64,000 nucleotides of DNA from Heptranchias perlo (lineage: Eukaryota): assembly GCF_035084215.1 (NCBI RefSeq), contig NW_027139666.1, positions 2,232,001-2,296,000 on the forward strand, written 5' to 3'. A program made the translations under genes and the position numbers. The notes below the pieces were generated by a model. That model did not search any database and was not told where the DNA came from. It was given only the letters and a program-made list of their open reading frames with translations. Positions 1 through 13,129 of this stretch are shown here, piece after piece (the stretch's first letter is position 1; the number at the start of each line of letters is the position of its first letter).

Positions 1-3000
1 GGTTGATTCTGTCATTGTCAGGCTCTGGTCCTGTGCGTGAGTTTGGGATTCATTCAGTATCTGTCAATCTCTGGTACTGAGTGTGAGCATGGGGTATGTT
101 CTGCATCTTTCAGTCTCAGGTACTATATATAAGTGATGGATTCATTCTGTATCTGTCAGTCTCTGGTACTTTATGTGAGTGTGGGATTAATTCTGTATCT
201 GTCATTTTCTGGTGCTGTATGTGAGTGTTGGATTCATTCTGTATTTGCCTTTCTCATACTTTATCTCAGTGAGGGATTCATTCTGTCATTCAGTCTCTGA
301 GACAATGTGCAAGTCTGGATTCATTCTGTATTCTTATTTCAGTTTACAGTATCGTATTTGAAACTGTATCTTTAATGCTTTAAATTATATATAGTTCTTC
401 GTCGATTATTTACGTTGTTAATATGGATACATTTTTCGATTTTCTTTATTCAAACAATGTGTGAGAGTTTTGGAGTAGTATTATATCTTAATCTCTGAAC
501 TGTATTGTGAATGATAATGTACCTTTCAATCTGTTCCCGGTGAAATTATTGGACTGGTATGTAATGAGTAGCTCAGTCTGCAATAATGGGATTAATTCTG
601 TATCTGAGTCTAACACGACATGTGATTTTTGGACACGATATGTAATATGTAGCTCATCCTGCACTAAACGAATTGATACTGTTTCTATCAGTCTTATACT
701 GTGTGAAGTTTTTGGACTGGTGAGTAACATGTAGTTCAGTCTGTGCTAATGGAATTGATATTGTATCTTTGAGTCTGATAAGGTATGAGATTCTTGGATT
801 GCGATATGATGTGTGGCTCAGTCTGCACTAATGAAATCGATACTGTACCTTTCAGTCTAACATTGTATGAGATTGTTGGACTGTTATATAATGTTTAGTT
901 CAGGCGGTGCTAAAAGAATTTAAACTATATCTTTCAGTCTGATCATTGATGTGATTTTTGGACTCGTATGTAATGTGTCGCTCAGTCTGCACCAATGGTA
1001 TTGATAATATTTATATCTGTATAATACTGAGTATTTACCAATATATCTAATATGTAGCTCAGTCTGCACTAATGGAATTTATACTCTATCTTTCAATCTG
1101 ATACTATGAGATCTTTGGACTGGTCAGTAAAGTGTAACTCAGTCAGCAGTAATGTGACTGTGACATTCATTCTGTATCCGTCAGTCTCTGGTACTTTTTG
1201 AGTGAGAGATTCATTCTGTATCTGTCAGTCCCTGGTACTGTGCGTGAGTGAGATTCATTCTGTTCCGGATACTGTATGTGATTGTCGGATTCATTCCAAA
1301 TCTGTCAGTCTCTGGTACTGAGTGTGAGCATGGGGTATATTCTGCAACTCTCAGTCTCAGGGGTATTATATATAAGTGATGGATTCATTCTGTATCTGTC
1401 AGTCTCTGGTGCTATCTGTGTGTGTGGGATTCATTCTGTATCTGCCATTCTCTGCTACTTTATCTCAGTGTGTGATTCATTCTGTAATTCAGTCTCTGAG
1501 ACAATGTGCATGTCTGGATTCATTCGGTGTTCTTATTTCAGTTTACAGTATCGTTTTTGAAACTGTAGATTTAATAGTTTAAATTATATACAGTTCTTCA
1601 TCGAGTATTTAATTTGTTAATATGGATACACTTTTCAATTTTCTTTAATCAAACAATGTGTGTGAGTTTTGGAGTAGTATTACATCTTAATCTATGAACT
1701 TTATTGTGAATGATAATGTACCTTTCTATCTGTTCCCGGTGAAATTATTGGACTGGTATGTAATGTTTAGTTTAGTCTGCAATAATGGGATTAATTCTGT
1801 ATCTCAGTCTAAACTGTATGAGATTTTTGGACTGGTGTGTAACATGTAGCTCAGTCTGAGCTAATAGAATTGATATTGTATCTTTGAGTCTGATAAGGTA
1901 TGAGATTCTTGGACTGCTATATAATATGTGGCTCAGTCTGCACTCATGAAATCGATACTACATCTTTTAGTCTAATATTTTATGGGATTTCCAGTCTGGT
2001 ATGTAATGTACAGCTCAGGCAGTGCTAATAGAATTGAAACTCTATTTTGCAGTCTGATCATTTATGAGGTTTTTGGACTCGTATGTAATGTGTAGTTCAG
2101 TCTGTACCAATTGTATTGATACTGTTTATTTCAGTATAATACTCCATGAGTATTTACCAATATATCTAATATGTAGCTCAGTCTGCGCTAATAGAATTGA
2201 TACTGCACCTTTAAAACTGACACTATGAGATTTTTGGACTGGTATGTAATGTGTCACTAAGCCAGCATTGATGGAATTGATGAGGTATCTTTCGATCTGC
2301 GACTGTGAGATTTTTGCTCTGGTACGTAATGTGTAACTCAGCCTGCACTAATGTAGGTGACTGTGAGATTCACTTTGTATCTCTCAGTCTCTGGAACTGA
2401 CTGTGAGTGTGGGATTCATGCTGTAACTGTCACTCTCTGGTACTCTATTTGACTGTGGGATTCATTCTGCATATAGATTCTCTAGTACTGTGTGTGGGTG
2501 TTGAATTATTTCCATATATGCAGTTTCTCATAATGTAAGTTGGTGTGAGATTCATACTGTATCTGTCAGTCTCTGGTACTGTGTGTGAGTGTCAGATTAA
2601 TTCTGTATCTGCCAATCTCAGGTACTGCGTGTGAGTGTGGCATTCATTCTGTATCTCTCAGTCTCTGGTACTGTGTGTGAGTGTGGGATTCATTCTGTAT
2701 CTGTCAGTCTCTGGTGCTGTGTGTGAGATTCATTCTGTATCTGCCAATCTCAGGTACTGTGTGTGAGTGTGGGATTCATTCTGTATCTGTCAGTCTCTGG
2801 TACTGTGTGTGAGTGTGAGATTTATTCTGTATCTGCCAAACTCAGGTACTGCGTGTGAGTGTGGGATTCATTCTGTATCTGTCAGTCTCTGGTGCTGTGT
2901 GTGAGTGTGTGATTCATTCTGTACTCTGTCAGACTCTGGTACTGTACGTGAGTGTGGCCTTCATTCTGTATCTGCCAATCTCAGGTACTGTGTTTGAGTT

Positions 3001-3760
3001 TGGGATTTATTTTGTATCTCTCATTCTCCAGTGCTTTATGAGAGTGTGGAATGGTTTTGCTATCTGTCAGTCCTTGGTACTGTATGTCAGTGTGGGATAC
3101 ATTCTGTATCTGACATCTCCAGTACCATACTTGAGTGTTGGATTCACTCTGTGTCTGGCAAACTCTAGTACTGTATGTGAGTGTGGGATTCATTCTGTGT
3201 TTGTGTGTCTCTGTACTGTATCTGAGTGTGAGATTCATTCTGTATCTGTATATAGTTATTCTCTCAGATTACATTATGGTGTTCAATACTGTAGCTTTAC
3301 TATCTTAATGTTTAAACAGTTTTTCCCAGTATTTAATTGGTAAACATGGATACACTTTAGGATTTGATGCTGGAGGTTTTAATCAGAAGATTTGTGTTTT
3401 TTGGACTAGTATCATATCAGTATCTCTGTGAGTACTATTGTGAATGATAATATTTCTTTCAAACTGATATGGTGACATTTTTGAATTGGTATATAATGTG
3501 TCGATCAGCCTGCAGTAAAGGAATTGATACTGTATCTTTAAATCTCATGCTATGAGTGTATTATAAACTGGTATCTAATTTGTTTCTCAGGTTACACTGT
3601 CACAGCATTTCTCAATCTGATATTGTACATGATTTTTGGACTTGCAATTTGTATTCGAATGGTACACTATTCGAATGGATACTGCATGTATTAAACTCCC
3701 GTGTGGGTGTGAGAGTTCTGGGCTAGTATTCAATTGGAATCTCGGGGTATCTGGTTTTTA
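1..3760. repeat. Composite minisatellite region: 46-bp arrays, AT-rich spacer and 82-bp arrays in a ~1.2-kb higher-order period
   Basis: 46-mer GGATTCATTCTGTATCTGTCAGTCTCTGGTACTGTGTGTGAGTGTG is repeated. The 82-bp period is visible from TTGGA at 712, 794, 876 and 958. The block at ~301 recurs at ~1500. Confidence 0.9.
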
Positions 3761-3779
3761 ATTCATGGCGAATGCTGCA

Positions 3780-5800
3780 CTTCTTGGAAATTGACAATCT
3801 GATAGTGTGACTTTGGACTGGGATTTTTGTATCTACCTGTCAGCGGGACTGAGTTCGGGTGCAATGGAACAGCGTCTGCCTCACCTGCTCTGTTTGACTG
3901 TTGGATTGAAAATGTGTCTCTGGAACTTGAGATCAGTGTGGAACTGACTACTTCTGCTGTCTGAGACTGTGGAACTGATGACCTGTCTGTGTCTCTGTGC
4001 TCTGAGATTGATAATATACCGACTGTGTGTGAGAAGGAGTTGGCTGCACTGTTCCTTTGTCTCGGGGGGAGGAAACTTCACATTCATTCTGGATCATTCT
4101 CGGATTTGCCTGTAGAAAGAAAATTATCTCTTGTTACTCAATAACAGGTGAGGTAGAAAATACAAAAGTGATCAGTTTAATAGCTCTGTTAATAATTATT
4201 TTGAACATCCACAAATGAAAACATCCACAAGTGATGCAGTGTCAGTGTCTGACTCCACTGCAGTACTGCAGCACTGAGCTTCAGCATACCAGGTGTGTTA
4301 GGCTGTTTTAGAACAATTTAGTGACATCCAGACAAAATGCAACCCCTGCACTGATCCATGAATGGGACTACCCGATGGGGCAGGGACCTTTGTACAGGTC
4401 GGGTTTCTAATCCCCTCTCCCATGGGACTAACCGTTCAACTGAAAGCAAACAGCCGCTGTTTGAAATGTGTCCTTCACACTTCTCACCTGGTGCCTTCAA
4501 TAGATGCTCTTTGTATGTCTCCCCACATCCTTACTGTCCGGCTCTGGTTCCACTCTTCACTGTCCAATAACAATAAACAGGGTGAGACTGGAACTAAACC
4601 AGGAACATTCACTACTGGTTTGGGGAGAGAAAGCAGCAATGATTTTAAATAGCAGGTTCTTCCCATTCCCTCTCCCTTCCCCTGGACACACCCTGTACAC
4701 ACACAGCCCGAGAATGACCTCTCCCTTCCCCCGCGCACTCCATGTTCCGGGACCAGTTCCTGATCCACTCCGCCTCTTACAAACAGACCCCGGACTCCCC
4801 GGCCCTTACGCTGGACTCAATGCTGATCTCTGAGCCCATCTGCGGACACGGTCCCGAAGCGATGAGCTGCTGTAACGAGGCTGCTCTTTGCTCCCTTCCC
4901 CCGGGGGCCGTGATCTCTCCATTCCCGGCTGTTTTAAACCATCTTCTTCCGCTCAAAGAGGGAATGGCGCCCACAGGCCGAGCTGGGGGAGGGGAGCGCG
5001 CATGCGCTCTTCTGCTCACCAACAATCAGCGCTGGGGGCGGGGCTGGGTCACGCATGCGCAGATATCTGGTTTAATTCCCAATACAAAAATCGATGGAAA
5101 CTTTCCCCAATTGGAATTTTTCAGAGTCTGAGCAAATCCGAGAAGGATCCAGAATGAATGTGAAGTTTCCTCCCCCCGAGACAAAGGAACAGTTCAGCCA
5201 ACTCCTTCTCACACACAGTATGTATATTATCACTCTCAGAAAGGTCAGAGGGAATGGGGTGCACAGGCAGTGCAGGAACAGGCACCAGAATGGAAACAGA
5301 TGGGATTCCACCAGTGCCTCACGCTGGAATCCAGACTGACTTTACAATCTCTCACTATTAAACTCGATGTTTCCATCCCTGCTGTTTCTCTCGGTATCTT
5401 TTGATGGTAAACGGCCTTTCATCGATAAAATGGGCGGCTGTGAAATGAGCCAATGGGTTCTGTTCATTGTTGGCTCCCTGACTGATAAAGCAACGCGTGA
5501 CTCCGAAACTGGAGGGACGATTTCTCAAACCAATCCTGGAGAAACAGCGGAGGAAAGTGGGAGTCCGTATGTTTGCTGCGACCGTGTGGGATTAACATCT
5601 GACAGCAACAGTCCCAGATTATTTCAATCGGAATGAAACTCTCGGTCACTGAGAGAAATACTGAATGGGCCTGAGCTGCAAGAATACAAAGGGTGAAACA
5701 TGCAAGAGAGGGTTAAATGTGTGACACTGTCCCTGAGAATGGGATTAATAATGTGTCTGTCTCTGAAATAATTTTAGTGAGAGATGAGACTGCATCTTCT
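3780..5800 (-). other. Conserved non-coding module (copy 1) with putative minus-strand exons (3885-4109; another ending at 4488)
   Basis: Homologous to 16640-17400, 22360-22765, 29850-31750 and inverted 52780-54700 and 60040-60800. Minus-strand TTTCTTTCTACAG acceptor (AG at 4111-4110) and CAG|GTGAG donors at 3884 and 4487. Confidence 0.6.
4940..5065. promoter_or_regulatory. GC-rich promoter-like element with two NRF1 motifs and a GC box
   Basis: GCGCATGCGC at ~4997-5006, ACGCATGCGCA at ~5050-5061, GGGGCGGGGC between them. Both NRF1 motifs are conserved in copies at ~31050-31115 and ~53449-53513. Confidence 0.65.
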
Positions 5801-7077
5801 GTCACTCCACCTTGGAATATCAATTGGAATGGAATATTTTTTCCAATTTGTTACTGGGTGAATGCTGGACATTACAGGTCAGTTTCTCTCTCTCTCTTTT
5901 GCACAGCATATGAATGTGGGATACTGTTACTGAGCGTGAAACGGACATACTGATAGGAAGTGTGAGACTGATACATTGTCTGTGTGTGTGTCTCTGTCTG
6001 TCTGTTTATCTGTCGGTCTGTCTTTCTCTCTCTCCAGCGCTGTAAATGAAAGCGAAATACTGTTACTGAGCTTAATATCGACACCCTGGTGGAAGGTAAA
6101 GACTGATTCAGTGTTTGTGAACAGACCTCCGGTGCTGTTGGTGAGATAGTCACTGTCCCTTCTATTATGTATGAGCCGGATTGACGGTGCATTTATCAGT
6201 CTCCAGTCCAGTAATGAAAGGTGGGGAGAAACAGCCTGGAACGGCCTGACACTGGACTGCCTGTTAGTGTTGAATTTATTCTGTAACGAGCCGTCTCTGG
6301 GTGTTGAGAATGGGACGGATAGGACACCAGTTACTATTGTCTGTCAGTCAGTTTAGGAGGAGAGAGAAACACAGAGAGACTGGAAGAGCCCAGAGCGGAT
6401 AATTTGTATTATCGTCTTAACCAAACATATTTCTGTGTACGAACAGTATAATATTTTAAAACCAGATGTGAATTATCACACCAACAGCTGTGATTGTCTC
6501 CTGCCACTGAATCTGGGGACCAGACACTGTGAGGAGCGCCGGCCTCAGAGTGTTTAACAGTTACTGAGCTGGGAAACTACAACTAACACCCGAGAATCTG
6601 CAGCACAGGCCGAGCGGGGAGGAAAGCCTGTCCCGGGAATTGTCAATCTGGCGACCAGTTTGTCCTGTGAATGTGAAGATGTGAACATTGTGTCAGAGAG
6701 AGTGTGTTAAACGGGCGGGCGGGTTAGATTAATGTCACTGTGTTTGTGTGGCCGGTCACATCGCCGGATTTCCGGGTCGCTTTTAAGTAAAATTAAAAAA
6801 AATCCCTTTCAAAGGATCGCCCTCCTCCCCTGCCGAGCTCCGAAGTGAAAAATTAAGGTAAGGTTTGAGTTCAATTCAAGATTTCAGACGAAAAACGGAG
6901 ATCCTGTCAGCGATCGGGTGAGAGAGCGCGATCAGTGCAGCAATGAAACGGGTTTAAATCGAAACTGGTGCTTTCAATTCCGGTGAAAGTTTTTCGACAG
7001 CAAACATTCCGGTGTTAGATATAGGAAGGGGCTAGTCTGGGACTCTGGAGTGCCCGCTTTTAATTGTAACCGGCGAG

Positions 7078-7170
7078 TTTAAGAGGAGAGAGAAACACAG
7101 AGAGGCTGGAGGGGCCGGGAGCTGACAGCAGGATGTCTCCGCCCCGTCCGCTCTGTGCCTTTAAGTTGCT
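7078..7170 (+). promoter_or_regulatory. Histone H1 promoter (AC box AAACACA, GC box, TATA-like)
   Basis: AAACACA at ~7093, CCGCCCC at ~7139, TTTAAG at ~7160. No clear CCAAT box. Confidence 0.55.
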
Positions 7171-7243
7171 CTGTGCCGCCGCCTCTCGTTTCATTTCTGA
7201 CCCAGCTCTGACTGTCAGAGAGATTTTCTCCAGATTCCCGGAC

Positions 7244-7879
7244 ATGACAGACACTGCAGCCGCCGAAACGGCTCCTCCTGCCGTCGCCGCCGCTCGAACC
7301 AATGCTCCGAATAAGAAGAAGGCGGTTCCCCGACCCACCGGTCCCCCGTTGGGCGAACAGATCCTCAAGATTGTGGCGGATTGCAAGGATCGCAAGGGGA
7401 TATCTCTGGCCGCGTTAAAGAAAGTTCTGGCTGCCAAAGGCCTGGATGTGGAGAAGCACCGGTCCCAGATTAAATTAAGTATCAAGAGAAATGTGGAAAA
7501 ATGCTCCCTGGTGCAGATCAAGGGCACGGGCGCCTCGGGCTCCTTCAGAGTCGCTAAGAAGGAAACCCAGGCAAAAGTGGGAAAGAAGGTGAACAAACAA
7601 GTGACCAAGAAATCTCCCGGAAAGAAACCAGCGAACAAAAAAACAGCCGTCAAGAAATTAACGGCCAAGAAACCGGCCGCCAAGAAATCAGCGGTCAAGA
7701 AACCTGTTGCCAAGAAATCGATCACGAAAAAGGCGGCGAAATCACCAATTAAGAAGAAAGCGGCGGCTAAGAAGCCCAAGACCCCCAAGCCGGTGAAGGC
7801 GAAGAAGGTAGAAAAAGCGAGGGCCAAGCCCAAGCCGAAGTCAGCAAAGCCCAAGAAAGCAGCGGGCAAAAAGAAGTAA
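7244..7879 (+). CDS. H1: Histone H1 (211 aa), replication-dependent type
   Basis: [13 protein letters not shown] start, globular domain ending [13 protein letters not shown], Lys/Ala/Pro-rich tail with SPGK/SPIK/TPK sites, followed by a stem-loop. The true ATG is at 7244, not the ORF-track start at 7133. Confidence 0.97.
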   Translation: MTDTAAAETAPPAVAAARTNAPNKKKAVPRPTGPPLGEQILKIVADCKDRKGISLAALKKVLAAKGLDVEKHRSQIKLSIKRNVEKCSLVQIKGTGASGSFRVAKKETQAKVGKKVNKQVTKKSPGKKPANKKTAVKKLTAKKPAAKKSAVKKPVAKKSITKKAAKSPIKKKAAAKKPKTPKPVKAKKVEKARAKPKPKSAKPKKAAGKKK

Positions 7880-7915
7880 AAAATCAAGTGCAACTTGTGA
7901 ACATCTGAACCCAAC

Positions 7916-7956
7916 GGCTCTTCTCAGAGCCACCCACGTCTCTCAGACAAGAGCTG
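7916..7956 (+). terminator. Histone 3' stem-loop and HDE (H1)
   Basis: GGCTCT TCTC AGAGCC ACCCA, then purine-rich CAAGAGCTG. Confidence 0.93.
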
Positions 7957-8086
7957 ACCCCGGAATCAGATGATTCCTGTCCCGGGGCCGGGCTCAGATT
8001 TCAGATGGAAATCATTGAAAATAAATCCAGGGTCCTGGTGACTCACTACCGCCGCCCCACCCCCACTGTCTGAAATAAAATAGAGA

Positions 8087-8185
8087 GAACACAAAACAAA
8101 GGCTCTTCCAAGAGCCACCCACCGCCTCACAGACCTGGGAACGGGGAGAGGAAAGATCTCGGGCTGGGGAAGCAGTTTCCGATAT
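8087..8185 (+). pseudogene. Orphan copy of the H4 3' end (stem-loop at 8101-8116) with no coding sequence
   Basis: Matches 9203-9312 except for a loop change (TCCA) and an 11-nt deletion removing the HDE. Confidence 0.85.
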
Positions 8186-8860
8186 GTCCGGGCCGGGCCT
8201 CACTCGAACTGGCGTGTGTTCGGCTCCAGTCCCAGTTCAGTTTTCTCACAGATTCAGGGCGAGAGTCCGTGACAGGGTAAAACTGGCGGAGATCCGCCGC
8301 TATCACAATTCAAACCCCAACACATGAGATTCTCCAAATCAGCTGGAATAAGTGTTTGTAAACTGCTGAACCGGTCTGGGAGGGGATGTGTGGGGAGATA
8401 GAATCGGGTCTGCCACTGAAATGGAAGGAGACGGGTAGATATGTTATAGAAGGGACTGTATTTGGGCAGGAATATCACTGACTCTTAATTGTAATGGGGC
8501 TTATTTAAAAGCTCCGAGTTTCTGGAAATCCTTGAATATGAAGCCCGAGTCGATAAGGGTATGTGCGGAGCGCTGTGTTTCGGTTCAGTTATCGATAAAC
8601 GGTTTGAAATTGGCGGGTGGAGAAAGCTGGAGGTGGAGCTGGAAGATCAGAGGCCGCTCTCTGCTCTGTCCGTTACTCTGACTCTCTCCTCCCCTCTCTG
8701 TTTAATATCTCACTCTGTCTCCTCCCCTCTTTGTTCAATGTCTCACTTTGTCTCCTCCCCTCCCTCTATCATCCTGTGAATGTTTCAGTCAGGTCGGGAC
8801 AGGCTGCATAAAAAGGGAACCAGCATAAGTTCGCTGTTCATTCAGCAGCGATCTCAGTGA

Positions 8861-9181
<321 letters not shown>

Positions 9182-9216
9182 ACAACTGGACCCTTTCTAA
9201 CCGAACACAAAACAAA

Positions 9217-9260
9217 GGCTCTTCTAAGAGCCACCCACCGCCTCACAGAGAGAGCACTGA
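9217..9260 (+). terminator. Histone 3' stem-loop and HDE (H4)
   Basis: GGCTCT TCTA AGAGCC ACCCA ... AGAGAGAGCA. Confidence 0.93.
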
Positions 9261-9559
9261 CCTGGGAACGGGGAGAGGAAAGATTTAGGAGTGGGGAAGC
9301 AGTTTCCGATATTTAATTACGATGGGGAGATTCCCCAACATTCAGTAAAGGGAGATCAGCCATCCCGAGAGAAAGCGGAATTACCGGTTTCACGGTATAA
9401 ATGAACAGGTGGTGATACAGAGTCTTTCCGCAGACATTGCATTCTCCGTTCAGATTAAAATCCCGCCTCACAACCTCTCCCGCTGTGTCCTCTCTGCTCG
9501 GTGTTTCATTCAATTATCAGGTCGATGTGAAGTTTCTGTTTGAGGAGCGGTTCACCGGG

Positions 9560-10466
<907 letters not shown>

Positions 10467-10499
10467 ACCCGACCCGGCTTCAGCACCAAGTGCAACAAA

Positions 10500-10540
10500 G
10501 GCTCTTTTCAGAGCCACCAAATCGGCGATGGAAAGAGCTG
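10500..10540 (+). terminator. Histone 3' stem-loop and HDE (H3)
   Basis: GGCTCT TTTC AGAGCC ACCAA ... GAAAGAGCTG. Confidence 0.95.
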
Positions 10541-10906
10541 TGATCTCCTGGGTTGAAATGGCAGGGTCGTGAGAAACTTGTTTGAATGGGAAATGCATAA
10601 AAGGGAGGGAGCAGATGTGGGACGGACAGGGACAGAATAATTCCCTCACTCACATCCAAAAAGAAATTGCACTCACATTCTTAATTCAGCAATCCCTGAC
10701 ACAATAATCAGCATATCAGTCAGCATCTGTTCAAATCTGGGCAAAATAACTCAGACTGAGCCAGTGTTGTCCGAGAATGAGACAGAAAATAATCATACGC
10801 GTCCCTGGTATTTCTGTATCCCACCCGCCCAATTGACAATTCTGACGATTTTGTTATTTTTTGTCTCATTCACCATCCAATCTGCAATGATCAATCTATG
10901 GGAGAT

Positions 10907-10943
10907 TGGCGACATCTGCTGTCCGGAAGCGAGTACTGCAACA
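10907..10943 (-). promoter_or_regulatory. Putative CTCF site with upstream TGCAG module
   Basis: Minus strand reads TGTTGCAGTACTCGCTTCCGGACAGCAGATGTCGCCA, compared with the CTCF core TGGCCACCAGGGGGCGCTA. Confidence 0.6.
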
Positions 10944-11067
10944 GACCGATCTGGATCATATGTATTGAACAAGTTATTGTTAGTTTCTGGGATCGGAATC
11001 AAGTCCCCATTAAATTGATTCCTGACTCGCTTCGACAGTGACCAGCCCTTTCACCGATACAGTGGGT

Positions 11068-11083
11068 GGCTTTGAAAAGAGCC
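11068..11083 (-). terminator. Histone 3' stem-loop (H2A copy 1) with a stem mismatch
   Basis: Minus strand GGCTCT TTTC AAAGCC has a C.A mismatch at pair 5. Confidence 0.85.
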
Positions 11084-11113
11084 TTTGGGTTATCAGATCA
11101 AATCGTGGCCGCT

Positions 11114-11563
<450 letters not shown>

Positions 11564-12250
11564 TTATACCTTCTGGAGGACTGCAGTGGGGGCACTTGTG
11601 ATTGGTCCATGTGTTCTCACCCTAATTGAGCTGTTCGTTAAACCAATGAGAGGGGGTTGTTTTATTCACCACTCAATAGCCGGCAATGAGAAAAGGGCGG
11701 AAAATACCGACCAGAACCGTTTTTTTGAAATTTGAAAAGCCCGCCAATATATTTGTAACACAAGAAGCGGATTTAGTAAATAATGTCGCGTAAAAACAAA
11801 TATTTAAACATCTAATCTTTTACTCTGTTATTCCATATTTCTCGTCACAACTTCCAGAATCTGTTGCAACCCGCTTCATTCTCCGTTCCCTTTCAATCGG
11901 GCGGGAATAAAGCCTCGTTTTGTCCCGAATAATTAACAAACAAACGTGAGAAGGAGAAAGAAATGACCGCACTCGAATCGACCGTCTTTTAACGGCTCTG
12001 AAGGGTCAGACGCGGGGGAAGGGGCGGAAAATGAACTGAAATGAGAGTTTCAGGGACACGTTTTTGTTTATTGGCTGTAAATTGAACATCGACACACAGA
12101 TTATACCCGGCAGTTATTATGAGAATCTTCCCGATATCAAGAGAAATCACAAGAGGACAAGTTATAGAGAGACAGTTAGTGTCAAACTACCGACCGTAAA
12201 ATGATTCCATGCAGAGGTGTGGGTACAGCGTCTTCAGAGAGACTGTGGGT

Positions 12251-12266
12251 GGCTCTTAAAAGAGCC
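12251..12266 (-). terminator. Histone 3' stem-loop (H2B copy 1)
   Basis: Minus strand GGCTCT TTTA AGAGCC ACCCA. Confidence 0.93.
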
Positions 12267-12300
12267 TTTGTGTTTATTTTTTTCAGTCCATTGTGGAGTT

Positions 12301-12675
12301 TTACTTGGAGCTGGTGTATTTGGTCACCGCCTTTGTCCCTTCCGACACGGCGTGCTTGGCCAGTTCCCCGGGCAGCAGCAGGCGCACGGCGGTCTGGATC
12401 TCCCGAGAGCTGATGGTGCGGCGTTTATTATAATGGGCCAGGCGGGAAGCCTCACCCGCGATGCGCTCGAAAATATCATTCACAAAGGAGTTCATGATGC
12501 TCATGGCCTTGGAGGAGATGCCTGTGTCGGGGTGAACCTGCTTCATGACTTTGTAGACGTAGATGGAGTAACTCTCCTTCCTCGCCTTTCTCCGCTTCTT
12601 GCCGCCCTTGGCTGGTGCTTTACTCAAGGTTTTCTTGGCGCCCTTCTTGGGAGCTGCTTTCTTGTCCTCAGGCAT
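12301..12675 (-). CDS. H2B: Histone H2B copy 1 (124 aa)
   Basis: [15 protein letters not shown]...[25 protein letters not shown]...AVTKYTSSK. Confidence 0.98.
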   Translation of the reverse strand: MPEDKKAAPKKGAKKTLSKAPAKGGKKRRKARKESYSIYVYKVMKQVHPDTGISSKAMSIMNSFVNDIFERIAGEASRLAHYNKRRTISSREIQTAVRLLLPGELAKHAVSEGTKAVTKYTSSK

Positions 12676-12724
12676 TTTGAAAATCAATTTCAGACTCAGA
12701 AATGAACCAAATCGTCTCCGAGCT

Positions 12725-12875
12725 CAGATTAAATAGGCAGCCCCACAGCCCTATGCTAATGAGGGATGAGGGAAGGCAATGATTCTGATTGGGACTGGTA
12801 TCACAATATTTTGCCTTTATCGATATGATTGGATAACTGAAGAAACCAATCAGATTTAATACTTGCCACCAATCA
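12725..12875 (-). promoter_or_regulatory. H2B promoter: TATA-like, variant octamer (H2B box), CCAAT boxes
   Basis: Minus strand CTATTTAA at ~12729-12736 and CCTCATTAGCATAG (ATTAGCAT at 12753-12760, versus ATTTGCAT). Several CCAAT/ATTGG motifs. Confidence 0.7.
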
Positions 12876-12925
12876 CAAACACGCTCAGACTGCATATTGT
12901 CCGGTTTCAGCAATTTGTTCCGAAC

Positions 12926-12961
12926 TGTTGCAGTTCTGCTTCCGGCCAGTAGATGTCCCCA
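12926..12961 (+). promoter_or_regulatory. Putative CTCF site with upstream module
   Basis: TGTTGCAGTTCTGCTTCCGGCCAGTAGATGTCCCCA. Copies at 17510, 25620 (core mutated) and inverted at 59905. Confidence 0.55.
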
Positions 12962-13129
12962 ATACCCGGGTCAATGAAGTTTGCAGATGAGAGAGGGACA
13001 GAAGATAAACGGGGAATGGAAATCATTTTATTGGACAAAGCAGTAGTTGTAATGCTGTATTAAATGTTTGTAATTAATTTCGGGGGTGCAGCTTATACTG
13101 AGGAAAAATACAAAAAATTAAAAAAGAGT

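Noticed and set aside
500-3300. CRISPR-like repeat-spacer array
   Set aside because: Vertebrate context, tandem degenerate monomers without unique spacers, no cas genes.
3881-4087. Small ORF (…RAQRHRQVISSTVSDSRSSQ…) recurring in module copies
   Set aside because: Starts, stops and frames differ among copies and no domain is recognisable. Recent duplication explains the similarity, so it is not called as a CDS.
4258-4271. Perfect palindrome CTGCAGTACTGCAG in the module
   Set aside because: Only 14 bp, with no extended hairpin; mutated in one copy; insufficient for a miRNA or structural call.
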